37,026 nucleotides of DNA from an uncultured Bacilli bacterium (GCA_947628545.1 CANRAJ010000002.1:1-37026); one strand, 5' to 3'. Shown: positions 9,609 through 19,971, counted from the first letter of the stretch. The notes: generated by a model not told the origin, from the sequence alone. Numbers and translations are program-made.

Positions 9609-10544
9609 TTAATTGCAAACAGTAATTAAAAAACTCATTAAAGCCACATCTTTATCGTATTTACCGGTTTTAATGCCAATATCTAAATCAGCCAAAGCAC
9701 GAATATTGGCTAAAAGTTCACTTTCTTGATAATTTAGGCTATTATTATAAAGTTTATTGACTTGCCAATCTTGTAAATTCATGGCTTTACAAATCTCATT
9801 TAAAGGCCGATGATTAGCTTGATATCTTTTTAAATAATACATTTGGCGATATTCCCGAGCAAGCAAAATAATTAAGGCTAAGGGTTCAACTTTATAGACT
9901 TTTAAATTGGCAAGTATTTTCAAAGATGTTTGAAGATTCTTAGCGATAACGGCGGCCACAAAATGAAAATTATTATTATCGACTAACGAACCCACAATTC
10001 GCGTAACATCTTGATATTTTATATCTTTTTCATCCCCATAATAAAGAAATATCTTCTTAAGTTCTTCGTAAATATTATCTAAATTCATCGTATTATTTTG
10101 AATATAAGAAACGCTATCCATTGTTATCCGGTAACCATTCTTTTTAACAATTTGCATAATTTCGGCTTGTATTTCCTGATAATTTAATTTAGGTACATTT
10201 ATTAAATGATATTTATCTTTAATCGTTTTCGTTATTTTCCGTCTTAAATCAATGCCATTTTGCGTTGTAAAAATAATTGTTGTCTGCAAAGAAGGATTTT
10301 CCAAATATTTACTTAGCAAGATAGTATCTTCTTCACTACTTTTGCCGGAGCCAAAATAATTAGCATTACTAGCCACAATTATTTTATCATGATTATCTAA
10401 ACTATAATAACTGGCTTCTTTAAGCACATCCGCGATGGTTGTCATGTTCAAATTAAATAATAAAAAGTTTCGATTCTTAACTATTTTTTGAACTTCACGA
10501 TCAATTATATGATAACTTTCAGCGGCAATAAGATAAATATTCAT
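9609..10544 (-). CDS. holA: DNA polymerase III delta subunit
   Basis: The size, the N-terminal IYLIAAESYHIIDREVQKI pattern and its position directly downstream of comEC (as in B. subtilis comE-holA) support the call. There is no strong motif, so the call rests on overall resemblance and synteny. Confidence 0.65.
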   Translation of the reverse strand: MNIYLIAAESYHIIDREVQKIVKNRNFLLFNLNMTTIADVLKEASYYSLDNHDKIIVASNANYFGSGKSSEEDTILLSKYLENPSLQTTIIFTTQNGIDLRRKITKTIKDKYHLINVPKLNYQEIQAEIMQIVKKNGYRITMDSVSYIQNNTMNLDNIYEELKKIFLYYGDEKDIKYQDVTRIVGSLVDNNNFHFVAAVIAKNLQTSLKILANLKVYKVEPLALIILLAREYRQMYYLKRYQANHRPLNEICKAMNLQDWQVNKLYNNSLNYQESELLANIRALADLDIGIKTGKYDKDVALMSFLITVCN

Positions 10545-10574
10545 ACTTTCTCTCCCCAATTAATTATAACAAAT

Positions 10575-10596
10575 AAAAAAGGTTTAGCCAAACCCT
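10575..10596 (-). terminator. rho-independent terminator after comEC
   Basis: Minus-strand hairpin AGGGTTT-GGCT-AAACCTT is followed by TTTTATTT. Confidence 0.5.
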
Positions 10597-10672
10597 TTTA
10601 TCTATATAAACATTAATTAATGTACTATATTTTATGCACATTTTCCATTATGTTCTAGGCCAATATCTTAAT

Positions 10673-12751
10673 TTAGATCCCGGTTTTCGTAATTTGATAA
10701 TTATTTTGGCATATTTTTATAGCAATAGTTCCATCCCGGTCGGTTCGAAATATTTGCGATGACTGTAAATTTACTAAAACTTCTTCATGTGGATGGCCAT
10801 AACTATTATTGCGGCCCACCGAAATAATGGCGTATTTCGGCTGAATTTGGTTAATAAACGCCCTACTTGATGAAGTATTGGAGCCATGGTGTCCCACTTT
10901 TAAAAAGGTTATATTGGCTAAAGCATAATTTTTAATTAAATCAGCCTCGCGCTTTTGCCCGGCATCGCCCATGAAAAGAAACTGGTAATTAGCAATTTTA
11001 AAATAAATTACATTACTATCATTATTTTCATCATCATACATTCCTGTATTTAAAAAATCTAAAGTTAAATTGGTAAGTTCTAATTTCGTTAAACCCTTTT
11101 GATAGGCAATTTTTTTCTTTTTTAAACTTTGAATTATTTTTTGTTCTAAAGAATTATAGGAATCTAGATTAAAAATCACTTTTTTTACTTTAAAAGTCTC
11201 AATTATATGTTGGACTTCACCCAAGTGATCATTATCCCCATGCGTTGTTATTAAATAATCGAGATGGCTAATTCCTAAACTTTTTAAAAATTTTAAGGTA
11301 TTATCACTTAAAAAATAAGTTTTACTCGACTTAGCCCAGGATTCTTTGACTATTTCTACCTTACCTCCAGTATCAATTAATAAAACGTCTTTTTGCCAAG
11401 GCGTAATAATCACGGCGGAATCACCTTGACCAACATCCAAATAATATATTTGGTAATTATTTTGGCATTTCGGCAAAAATTTTATCATAATTAAAAAAAG
11501 AACTAAAATACCCCACTTCCGCGGTTTTGCTAGTACCCAAAATAAAAGCAAATAATATAGGACAATAAAAAATAAATTTAAACGGGGAATAATAACCATT
11601 AAGGCTAAATGACCAAAGATAGAATTAAGCAAGTTTAAAATAAGCAGACTAAAATTAAAAATAGGACTTAATAAAGGAAATAAAAAAGTAAGTAAGGCCA
11701 AGGGATAAACTAAAAGAGAAATATAAGGAACAAAAAATAAATTAGCCAAAATACTAGTTAAATTAATTTCATAATTTAAGTTAATGGTAATGGGTAAACT
11801 AAAACCAAAAGAAATTAAACTGATAACTAAAAGTTGTTTTAAATAATTTCCTTTCAGATATTTATTATTGAGAATAATGCCACCCGTGATAACAAAAGAA
11901 TAAATAAAACCCACATCGTAAAAATAAAAAGGTTGCCATAAAAGTAAGATATAAGCCGTTATTAATAATAATTTAAAATTACTGAGTCGCCAATGAAAAA
12001 TTTTTTGACAATTTAAAATAATATAAAATACTGCTGCCCGCATTAAAGAAGCCGCAAAATTGGTTAAAAAGCCATAAAATAGTAAAATACTGCTAATAAT
12101 AATAGTTTTTTTAACTAATTTAGTTTTTTTGAAAAACAAATCTAAAACTTTTAATAAAACTCCAATATGCATACCTGAAATAGCCAGCAAATGAGCAACT
12201 CCATTTTGTTGAAACAAACTATATTCTTCACTTTTAATCAAACTTTTATCACCCAGAATAAAAATTTTTAGATAATCACTATTCTTTAATTTAGCACTAC
12301 GTTTATAAAGATAAGTCTTTATTTGATAAAAAAAATTATTATCGGTTTTTATTTTAAAATTAGTTATATTATAACTACGATATATTTTTTGATTGGCTAA
12401 ATAATTTTTATAATTAAAAGTATGTGGAATCGTATTATTTAAAACTACTTGGTTTTTTCCGGTAAAAGTAATTGTACATCCTAAACAAATTTGGGCTAAA
12501 GTTTTTTCTTTTTCCGCAGCGGTTTTAAAATAGTAATTAGCCGTAATTTTTTCCCGACCCTTAACTTCCAGCGTCAATTTATCACCATTTATCGTATAAT
12601 CTTTAATTTGTCCCGTAATAGTTGTATCAGTATCTAAATATTTAGAATGATACTGGCGAATTTTTGTATTAAAAAACACATAGAGCAGAATAAATATTGT
12701 TAGTAAAATAAAGCGATAATTAAATACAAATAAATTCTTTAATTTTGTCAT
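10673..12751 (-). CDS. comEC: DNA internalization competence protein ComEC/Rec2
   Basis: Polytopic competence domain (GVAHLLAISGMHIG) plus a C-terminal metallo-beta-lactamase domain (YYLDVGQGDSAVI, TTHGDNDHLGE, VGHHGS). The probable start is MTKLKNLF at 12751 with GAGG upstream. The track ORF extends to 12829 inside comEA. Confidence 0.9.
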   Translation of the reverse strand: MTKLKNLFVFNYRFILLTIFILLYVFFNTKIRQYHSKYLDTDTTITGQIKDYTINGDKLTLEVKGREKITANYYFKTAAEKEKTLAQICLGCTITFTGKNQVVLNNTIPHTFNYKNYLANQKIYRSYNITNFKIKTDNNFFYQIKTYLYKRSAKLKNSDYLKIFILGDKSLIKSEEYSLFQQNGVAHLLAISGMHIGVLLKVLDLFFKKTKLVKKTIIISSILLFYGFLTNFAASLMRAAVFYIILNCQKIFHWRLSNFKLLLITAYILLLWQPFYFYDVGFIYSFVITGGIILNNKYLKGNYLKQLLVISLISFGFSLPITINLNYEINLTSILANLFFVPYISLLVYPLALLTFLFPLLSPIFNFSLLILNLLNSIFGHLALMVIIPRLNLFFIVLYYLLLFWVLAKPRKWGILVLFLIMIKFLPKCQNNYQIYYLDVGQGDSAVIITPWQKDVLLIDTGGKVEIVKESWAKSSKTYFLSDNTLKFLKSLGISHLDYLITTHGDNDHLGEVQHIIETFKVKKVIFNLDSYNSLEQKIIQSLKKKKIAYQKGLTKLELTNLTLDFLNTGMYDDENNDSNVIYFKIANYQFLFMGDAGQKREADLIKNYALANITFLKVGHHGSNTSSSRAFINQIQPKYAIISVGRNNSYGHPHEEVLVNLQSSQIFRTDRDGTIAIKICQNNYQITKTGI

Positions 12752-13547
12752 AGATGGCCTCGCCAATCCCTTTAACATTTTTAATTTTTTCGATTGTTTT
12801 AAATAAACCATTAGTTGTTCGATAATCAATTATGGCTTGGGCTTTAGCGGGACCAATTCCATTTAATTTAGTCAAAAGTTCAATTCCAGCAGTATTAATA
12901 TTTACAACTAATATTTCCTCCTTTTCTTCTTTTACTTCTTCTTCTGATGCTTTTTCAGTATCTATATTTGGCTTAGGTTCTGTATTTAAATTATCATTGT
13001 CGGGAAGAGAATTATTATTTGTATTTGTACTTGCACTAGTATTATTTTCTTTATTATTTGAACTACTTACCGTAACCTCAACTTTTTTAGTAGAACTAGA
13101 ACTTGATGCGTTATTGGTATTACCATTATTATTTATTGTTGCTTGATTAGATTTAGTTGATGCTTTTACACTATTGGTTTTGGCCTTTTGAGCCGGAATA
13201 TTTACCACTAAACCGGCTTCAAGTTTTTTATTTAAATTAAGATTTTTCGTTTCGGCTTTACTGGTTACTCCCCCGGCTAAAGTAATTAAATCCTGAATAT
13301 TATTACTTAATTCAAGATTATATACTCCGGGTTTAACCACTTCACCTTTAATATCTACTTTTATTTTTTCCAAAACCGGTTTTACAGCCAAATCTAAAAC
13401 AGTATCCCTCGAAACTTTTAAATTAGCGATTTCCGTTTTTAAAAAACTTAAAAAAAAGCCAAATACTCCTATTAGTAAAAGCAAAATAATCATTCCTATT
13501 TTTTTCAAACTTATTTTTTGCCAAATGGTAGTTAATTTTAATATCAT
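12720..13547 (-). CDS. comEA: competence protein ComEA (DNA receptor, helix-hairpin-helix)
   Basis: N-terminal TM helix, SLBB-like segment GEVVKPGVYNL, and a C-terminal tandem HhH (INTAGIELLTKLNGIGPAKAQAIIDYR...VKGIGEAIYDKI). A long N/S/T/E-rich linker separates them. The ATG at 13547 follows AAAGGAGG. Confidence 0.88.
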   Translation of the reverse strand: MILKLTTIWQKISLKKIGMIILLLLIGVFGFFLSFLKTEIANLKVSRDTVLDLAVKPVLEKIKVDIKGEVVKPGVYNLELSNNIQDLITLAGGVTSKAETKNLNLNKKLEAGLVVNIPAQKAKTNSVKASTKSNQATINNNGNTNNASSSSSTKKVEVTVSSSNNKENNTSASTNTNNNSLPDNDNLNTEPKPNIDTEKASEEEVKEEKEEILVVNINTAGIELLTKLNGIGPAKAQAIIDYRTTNGLFKTIEKIKNVKGIGEAIYDKIKEFICI

Positions 13548-13660
13548 TTTTCCTCCTTTCAACTATATTATTTCCTAAACATTTTTAATTTCCTTTTTTA
13601 TTGCTTTACAAATAATCTAAAAACGACTAGAATAACCTAATAAAAGAAAAGAGGTCTTTT

Positions 13661-14245
13661 ATGAAAAAAAGAACTAAAGTTATTGCATTCGCCGGTATTG
13701 ATGGCTGTGGTAAAAGTACCCAAATAAAACTTTTATATGATGCTTTAATAAGTGAATATAATATATTTATTTCTAAAATTACTTATATGCCTTTAAATGA
13801 CATGAAGCAAAATAAACTCCAAGATTTATTATTAGATTGTCGTAGTGGAATTGAAATTCTCAAACAAGCCTGGGAAATTTGGCAAAAAACAAAAGATGGT
13901 TATGATTATATCTTTTGTGATCGGTATTTAATGTGTTATTTGGCTTATGCCTATGCTTATGGTTTTAAAAATATTGAACTAATTCGCCAAATGCTCTTTT
14001 TTATTAAAAACCCCGATTTAACTTTCTATTTTGATCTTGATCCGACACTAGCATTAACACGAATAAATAAGCGGGCTGAAGTTCATGATAAGCATGAAAA
14101 TATAACTACTTTAACTCAAGCACAACGGGGCTACACTAAACTATTTCCCTATATGGGAGAAATTATTTCTCTTGATGCAACACAAGAGCCGGAAAAAATT
14201 AATAAAAACTTAATTAGAATTTTAAATAATCATCATTTTATTTAA
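13661..14245 (+). CDS. thymidylate kinase family protein (divergent dTMP-kinase-like P-loop kinase)
   Basis: P-loop FAGIDGCGKSTQ and a DRY-type motif (CDRYLMCYLAYAYAYG), with Tmk-like length. It lacks a clear REP motif, so it may be a paralog rather than the housekeeping tmk. Confidence 0.55.
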   Translation: MKKRTKVIAFAGIDGCGKSTQIKLLYDALISEYNIFISKITYMPLNDMKQNKLQDLLLDCRSGIEILKQAWEIWQKTKDGYDYIFCDRYLMCYLAYAYAYGFKNIELIRQMLFFIKNPDLTFYFDLDPTLALTRINKRAEVHDKHENITTLTQAQRGYTKLFPYMGEIISLDATQEPEKINKNLIRILNNHHFI

Positions 14246-14254
14246 TTTAATCAT

Positions 14255-14288
14255 AAAAAAATGTCGTAATATTTAAACGACATTTTTT
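14255..14288. terminator. bidirectional rho-independent terminator between convergent genes
   Basis: AAAAAAATGTCGT-aatatttaa-ACGACATTTTTT: a perfect 7-bp stem flanked by an A-run and a T-run. Confidence 0.7.
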
Positions 14289-14344
14289 ATATGATAATTT
14301 TAATAAATCTTTAATGGTAAAATAAGTATGTTTCTTTCATTATT

Positions 14345-15343
14345 TTACATTTGCTTTTTTCTTTCAAAAAGTAAATCTTTTAATCCTTCTTCTAAATTAT
14401 ATTCAGGAATAAACCCTAAACTTTCTAATTTTGAAGAATCCAAAACTGCACGAGATATTTGAGAATAACCTTTTTGTTCTTCTTCTTTCGGAAATTCTTT
14501 TTTTATTTTTACTCCACCTAAACTTGCTAAAGTTTCAGCATATTCTCTAACTGTGGCAATTGAATTTTTATTAGCAACATTATAAGCCTCTCCCGGATTT
14601 CCCTTTAATAATATATATAAAAGCGCTACAACTGCATCTTTTACATAGCAAAATGACCGAACTTGCGTACCCGGACTTTTTAAAACGATATCTTCAATAT
14701 TTAAAACATTACGTAAAAATTGGGCATCCGCCCGAGAATTATCGTCTGTAATATTAGGCCCATATACATGACATAAACGAGCTATTTTAGTATCAACGTT
14801 ATATTCGGCATAATAACTAGCACAAAGAGTTTCAGCGGCTCTTTTACTTTCAGGATAACAAGCCCGAGGATTTAATATATCAGTATATCCATACTCATTT
14901 TCCTTAAAAAATACGTTTTGTTTATCGCTTACGCCATAGATTTCGCCACTTGATATGAATATCATAGAAGCATTTTTTGCTTTAGCTAACTCTAACATAT
15001 TAATAGTTCCTATTAAATTGGCTTTCATAACCTCAACCGGAGTTTTAGAATAGGCTAAAGGATGAGCCGGACTTGCAGCATGAACAATAAAATCTATATC
15101 TAAACTTGCTAAATCGGCACTACAAACATCATCCTCAATAATATGGATATTATCCAAATATTTTGAAAACTTTTCTTCTAATTTTTTGGCATTTCTTCCT
15201 AAAGCATAAATATCAATATTACTTTTTTCATCTTGATTTAATTTTGCTAATAAATCAACAAATGTAGACCCAATAAGCCCACCTGCTCCGGTTATTAGCA
15301 CTTTTTTATGGGAAATTTTTTTTAATATTTCTTTATCTATCAT
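14345..15343 (-). CDS. NAD-dependent epimerase/dehydratase family SDR (possible ribulose-5-phosphate reductase partner of the adjacent cytidylyltransferase)
   Basis: Rossmann motif VLITGAGGLIGS and catalytic YPESK (YxxxK). The ATG at 15343 follows AGGAG. Confidence 0.75.
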   Translation of the reverse strand: MIDKEILKKISHKKVLITGAGGLIGSTFVDLLAKLNQDEKSNIDIYALGRNAKKLEEKFSKYLDNIHIIEDDVCSADLASLDIDFIVHAASPAHPLAYSKTPVEVMKANLIGTINMLELAKAKNASMIFISSGEIYGVSDKQNVFFKENEYGYTDILNPRACYPESKRAAETLCASYYAEYNVDTKIARLCHVYGPNITDDNSRADAQFLRNVLNIEDIVLKSPGTQVRSFCYVKDAVVALLYILLKGNPGEAYNVANKNSIATVREYAETLASLGGVKIKKEFPKEEEQKGYSQISRAVLDSSKLESLGFIPEYNLEEGLKDLLFERKKQM

Positions 15344-15357
15344 AAATTCTCCTAAAA

Positions 15358-16098
15358 TTATTTTAACCAATTTTCTTTTTTGGTATGTAAAATTGCCTCA
15401 AAAAGTTCAATATCTTCAATAGTCGTAATTTTCATATTTTTTTCGGAACCTCTAGAAAAATGGACCTCTTCACCTAAAATATTCATTAAAGAACAAGTAG
15501 CGGTTGTATTTTCCAAATGCCTTTTTTTAGCTTCATTATGCGCCCACAACATTTTCTTTAAACTATAAACATGTGGTGTTTGCGTTCTATATAATTTTTT
15601 TCTAGGAATTTCTTTACTGGCAGTATATCCATCCTCACTTACAAATACGGCTTCGATACAAGGAATGGCTGCAACGGCTGAACCATAACTAGAATAAACT
15701 GATAAGGCATCAGATATAACTTCATGAGGTACTAAACCTCTATTTCCGTCATGAACTACGATAGTACTATCTTCTGCATAATATTTTTTTAATTCAACTA
15801 AACAATTATAAATTGATTCTTGACCAGTTGCCCCTCCTGTTACAATATGTTTAAGTTTTGTAATATTAAATTGTTTAGCATAAGCCTTTAAAATATCTTG
15901 CCATCCTTCTAAACATGCAACAATAATGACATCAATATTAGGATGACTTTGAAATGCTTCTAAAGTATAAATTATTAAAGGTTTATTCTCAATATGAATA
16001 AATTGCTTTGGAATATCTTGTTGCATTCTTTGCCCTGTACCGCCGGCGGTTAAAACCGCTATAACTTTTTTTCTTTTTTCTTTTTTATTATTTATCAT
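15358..16098 (-). CDS. IspD/TarI family cytidylyltransferase, likely D-ribitol-5-phosphate cytidylyltransferase
   Basis: VIAVLTAGGTGQRM...IPKQF resembles the TarI/IspD N-terminal signature, with QTPH and NMKITTIEDIELFEAIL near the C-terminus. The probable start is at 16098. Confidence 0.7.
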   Translation of the reverse strand: MINNKKEKRKKVIAVLTAGGTGQRMQQDIPKQFIHIENKPLIIYTLEAFQSHPNIDVIIVACLEGWQDILKAYAKQFNITKLKHIVTGGATGQESIYNCLVELKKYYAEDSTIVVHDGNRGLVPHEVISDALSVYSSYGSAVAAIPCIEAVFVSEDGYTASKEIPRKKLYRTQTPHVYSLKKMLWAHNEAKKRHLENTTATCSLMNILGEEVHFSRGSEKNMKITTIEDIELFEAILHTKKENWLK

Positions 16099-16221
16099 AA
16101 TATTTCCCTTCATAACTTTTTTTCCTATTTTTATCATAACAAATAACTAATAATTTATCAATATGGCTTTACAAATATAAATAAGTACTTTTAAAATTCA
16201 ATTTAAAAATTTTACCTCACA

Positions 16222-16252
16222 TAAAAAGGACTAAGTGAATGAACTTAGTCCT
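16222..16252 (-). terminator. rho-independent terminator after ppdK
   Basis: Perfect 10-bp stem AGGACTAAGT / ACTTAGTCCT with a 6-nt loop, followed on the minus strand by TTTTTAT. Confidence 0.8.
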
Positions 16253-16261
16253 AATTATTAA

Positions 16262-18873
16262 CTATTTTGCTAATTTTTCTTTAATTGCCGCTTGAGCCGC
16301 AGCAAGACGGGCAATAGGTACTCGATAAGGCGAACAAGAAACATAATTAAATCTTAATTTGTGACAAAAGGCTATACTAGAAGGATCTCCCCCATGTTCC
16401 CCACAAATGCCTAAGGAAATATCTGGGCGAACGGTTCTGGCCTTAGATGCCGCCATTTCCATCAATAAACCAACTCCATGTTCATCAATTCGACTAAATG
16501 GATCACTTTCGAATATTTGCTTAGCGTAATATGCATTTAAAAATTTACCAGCATCATCCCGCGAAAAACCAAAAGTCATTTGGGTTAAATCATTCGTACC
16601 AAAACTAAAGAATTCCGCTTCTTTGGCCATTTCATCGGCTAATAAAGCCGCCCGAGGAATTTCAATCATTGTTCCAACTTTATATTTAATATCTAAACCA
16701 GAATTTTTTATTAATTCATCGGCTACTTCTTGAACAATATTTTTAACGTATTTAAGTTCATTAACTTCTCCGACTAAAGGGATCATAATTTCCGGTTCGA
16801 CCATAATACCTTTTTTCGTCACATTGATAGCTGCTTCAATAACGGCTCGCGTTTGCATTTTGGCTATTTCCGGATAAGTTATGGCTAAACGACAACCCCG
16901 ATGCCCCATCATCGGATTAAATTCTTTTAAAGAGGCAATTACATTTTGTAATTCTTCAACTGTCTTGCCTAAATCATTGGCTAATTCTTTAATTTCGGCT
17001 TCCGTTTTAGGTAAAAATTCATGTAGAGGTGGATCAAGATACCGAATAATAACTGGATATGGCGTCATCGCTTCAAATAAGCCCTCAAAATCGGCTCTTT
17101 GATATGGCAAAATTAGTTCTAAAGCCTTTTCTCTTTCTTCCACGCTCGTCGCACAAATCATTTTCCGGAAATTAAAGATCCGTTCTTTTTCAAAAAACAT
17201 ATGTTCTGTCCGACATAATCCAATACCTTGGGCTCCAAAGGCCTTGGCTTGTTTGGCATCTTTTGGGGTATCGGCATTAGTTCTAATATCTAACGTTCGC
17301 GCTTCATCAGCCCAACTCATGAAGGTTTCAAAAACTCCACTGATGGTGGCCGCAACTTTATTTAATTTGCCTTCATATACTTTACCAGTCGTACCATCTA
17401 AAGATATATAATCACCTTCATGTAAAATTAAACCATCTTTCGTTTTTAAAGTTTTTTCGACTTCATTTAAGGTAAAGTCACCTACTCCCGAAACGCAGCA
17501 AATACCCATGCCGCGGGCTACAACTGCCGCATGGCTGGTCATTCCACCACGAATAGTTAACACGCCTTCACTGGAATTCATCCCTTCAATATCTTCAGGA
17601 GATGTTTCTAACCGCACTAAGACGGCCTCTTCGCCTGCCTTTTTCGCCGCAATTACTTTACTGGATTCAAAATATATTTTACCGGCTCCGGCTCCAGGAG
17701 ATGCCGCTAAGCCTTCCCCAATAACATGGGCTTTTTTCAATTCTTCTTCACTAAATGTCGGATGAAGTAAAGCATCTAATTGTTTAGGTTCAACCATACA
17801 TAAAGCATCTTCCTTGGTAATTTTACCTTCATTTACCAAATCAACAGCAATTTTAACCGCTGCCGCGGCCGTTCTTTTGCCATTCCGCGTTTGCAAAATA
17901 AATAATTTGCCATTTTCAATTGTAAATTCCATATCTTGCATATCATTGTAATGATTTTTAAAAATTCTTGATATACCTCGGGCATTTTTTCGGCTAAAGT
18001 ATCAATTTTTTCCGGAGTTCTCACACCGGCTACTACATCTTCGCCTTGAGCATTAATTAAGTATTCCCCAAATATTTTAGCCTCACCAGTCGCCGGATTT
18101 CGCGTGAAAGCCACCCCGGTTCCGGAATTTTCACTGGTATTACCATAAACCATTTCTTGCACATTAACAGCCGTCCCCCAAGTTCCCGGAATATCATTAA
18201 GGCGCCGGTAATAAATGGCTCTTTCATTATTCCAACTACGAAATACCGCCTTAACGGCCTCAATTAATTGTTCATATGGATCCGTGGGAAAATCCTTACC
18301 GGCATTTTTCTTATATTCTTTTTTAAACTCATCAGTTAAGAAAACCATATCATCGGCATCTAATTCAATATCTAATTTTATATTTTTCTTTTGCTTCACG
18401 GCATCAATTATTTCTTCATAGTTTTTTTTCGGATAACCACAGACCACATCACTATACATTTGAATAAACCGCCGATAAGAATCGTAAACAAATCTTTTAT
18501 TATTCGTTTTCTTGGCAAAACTTTCCGCAATTGCATCATTTAAACCTAAGTTTAAAATCGTATCCATCATTCCTGGCATACTTACGCGGGCTCCACTCCG
18601 AACACTAACGAGTAACGGATTTTCTAAATCACCAAATTTCTTACCTGTAATTTTTTCTAATTCCGTAATTTTATTTTTAATTTCATCTACAATTTCATCC
18701 GGTAAACTCTCTTTATTTTCATAATATTTATTACATGCTTCGGTTGTAATTGTAAAACCTTGGGGTACGGGTAAACCAATATTAGTCATTTCCGCTAAAT
18801 TAGCCCCTTTACCACCTAATAAATTCTTCATATCTTTGTTTCCTTCACGAAACAAATAAACATATTTTTCCAT
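16262..18873 (-). pseudogene. ppdK: pyruvate, phosphate dikinase interrupted by a single frame change (frameshifted gene, assembly error or recoding site)
   Basis: The N-terminal ORF carries GGKGANLAEM and the ATP-grasp region. The C-terminal ORF carries the phospho-His motif GGMTSHAAVVARGMG, NDLTQ and GICGEHGG. The frames join at the T5A5 run 17955..17964. The start MEKYVYLF at 18873 follows GGAGGA. Confidence 0.9.
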
Positions 18874-18902
18874 TCCATCCTCCATAGTTATTTTAACACG
18901 GA

Positions 18903-18933
18903 TAAAAAAGAGAAACAATTAAATGTTTCTCTT
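18903..18933 (-). terminator. rho-independent terminator after the pilin-like gene
   Basis: Perfect 10-bp stem AAGAGAAACA / TGTTTCTCTT (18908..18917 and 18924..18933), followed on the minus strand by TTTTTAT. Confidence 0.7.
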
Positions 18934-18950
18934 TAGACAAATTTAGACAA

Positions 18951-19397
18951 TTATCCAGCATAATGGGCATAAACTACATCATTTTCAACCCATATATAAA
19001 CATATGTATCATTTACTATTTCATCTGTAACATCATTAATAATAATTTTTTCATCATTTTCATCTCGTTCATTAGTTGCAATATAGTTTCTCTTTAATAA
19101 TTCATCAACACTTCTTTTTTTACATATTTCAACATCATGACTAATTCCGGCAATATATCCATCACAAGTTATATCTTCTTGTTTTCCATCAACAATAAAG
19201 GGATGTGTTAAATCATACATATTATCTTCCCCATACCGGATAGCCCCATTTTCGATTAATTCTATTTTGTTTTCCCAAATACTTTTTTTAATTGCTTTTG
19301 ATACCGCGCCAACCCCACTAAATGCTAAAATTGATACTAAAGCAATAAGCACTATTACCGCTAATAGTTCCACCAACGTAAAACCTTTTTTATTCAT
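18951..19397 (-). CDS. prepilin-type N-terminal cleavage/methylation domain protein (type IV pilin / pseudopilin-like)
   Basis: Class III signal MNKKG|FTLVELLAVIVLIALVSILAF, with the conserved Glu at +5, followed by a small globular domain with Cys residues. Confidence 0.85.
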   Translation of the reverse strand: MNKKGFTLVELLAVIVLIALVSILAFSGVGAVSKAIKKSIWENKIELIENGAIRYGEDNMYDLTHPFIVDGKQEDITCDGYIAGISHDVEICKKRSVDELLKRNYIATNERDENDEKIIINDVTDEIVNDTYVYIWVENDVVYAHYAG

Positions 19398-19405
19398 TTT
19401 TTCAC

Positions 19406-19960
19406 CTATTTTAACATTAATCTTAATGCTTCTTTAACTTGATTTTCGAGCGTCTCACTAGTATTAACTAAAGGTAATACTTTTTTTATTTCACTTAATT
19501 TATAACCCAAACTTTCCAAAACGTTCATTAGTTCTTCAGTATTATTATTTTCCGCAATTTCTCCTTCAATATTAATTTTGTTTTTCAAATCCAAAATAAT
19601 TTGCCGGGCTAACTTTTCCCCAATTTTAGGAAATTTAGTCAAATACAAGATATTTTCGCGATTAATGGCATCAACAATACCACCTATTGAACCCGTCGCA
19701 ATAATGGGTAAGGCAAGTTTTGGTCCTAAACCTTTAACCGAAATAAGTTTTAAAAATAATTCATATTCTTCCTTAATTTTAAAACCGAATAAAGCCATAT
19801 CGTCTTCGCTAATTTTCGTATAAACATATACTTTATACTCTTCTCCCATATTATAACTAAAAGGGTTAGGTACATTTATTTTATACCCAACTCCTCCACA
19901 TTCAACTGTTATATTACCGCTATCAATTTCGGTAACGATTCCTTTAAAATATGTATACAT
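19406..19960 (-). CDS. ruvA: Holliday junction branch migration complex subunit RuvA
   Basis: N-terminal OB pattern YFKGIVTEIDSGNITVECGGVGYKINV, HhH motifs (VKGLGPKLALPI, KFPKIGEKLARQI), and a C-terminal domain III (LESLGYKLSEIKKVL). The ATG at 19960 follows GGGGGA. Confidence 0.88.
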   Translation of the reverse strand: MYTYFKGIVTEIDSGNITVECGGVGYKINVPNPFSYNMGEEYKVYVYTKISEDDMALFGFKIKEEYELFLKLISVKGLGPKLALPIIATGSIGGIVDAINRENILYLTKFPKIGEKLARQIILDLKNKINIEGEIAENNNTEELMNVLESLGYKLSEIKKVLPLVNTSETLENQVKEALRLMLK

Positions 19961-19971
19961 AAATCCCCCTA

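Noticed and set aside
12832-13146. Plus-strand ORF (104 aa) antisense to comEA
   Set aside because: It lies opposite the N/S/T/E-rich low-complexity linker of ComEA (roughly 12915..13190). The open antisense frame is a compositional artefact. It has no RBS, and its translation is itself low-complexity.
16881-17765. Plus-strand ORFs 16881..17102 and 17508..17765 inside ppdK (also 18215..18421, 18512..18724 and minus-strand 18057..18263)
   Set aside because: All lie within the strongly conserved ppdK coding sequence in other frames or on the other strand. They have no RBS and no recognisable protein features.
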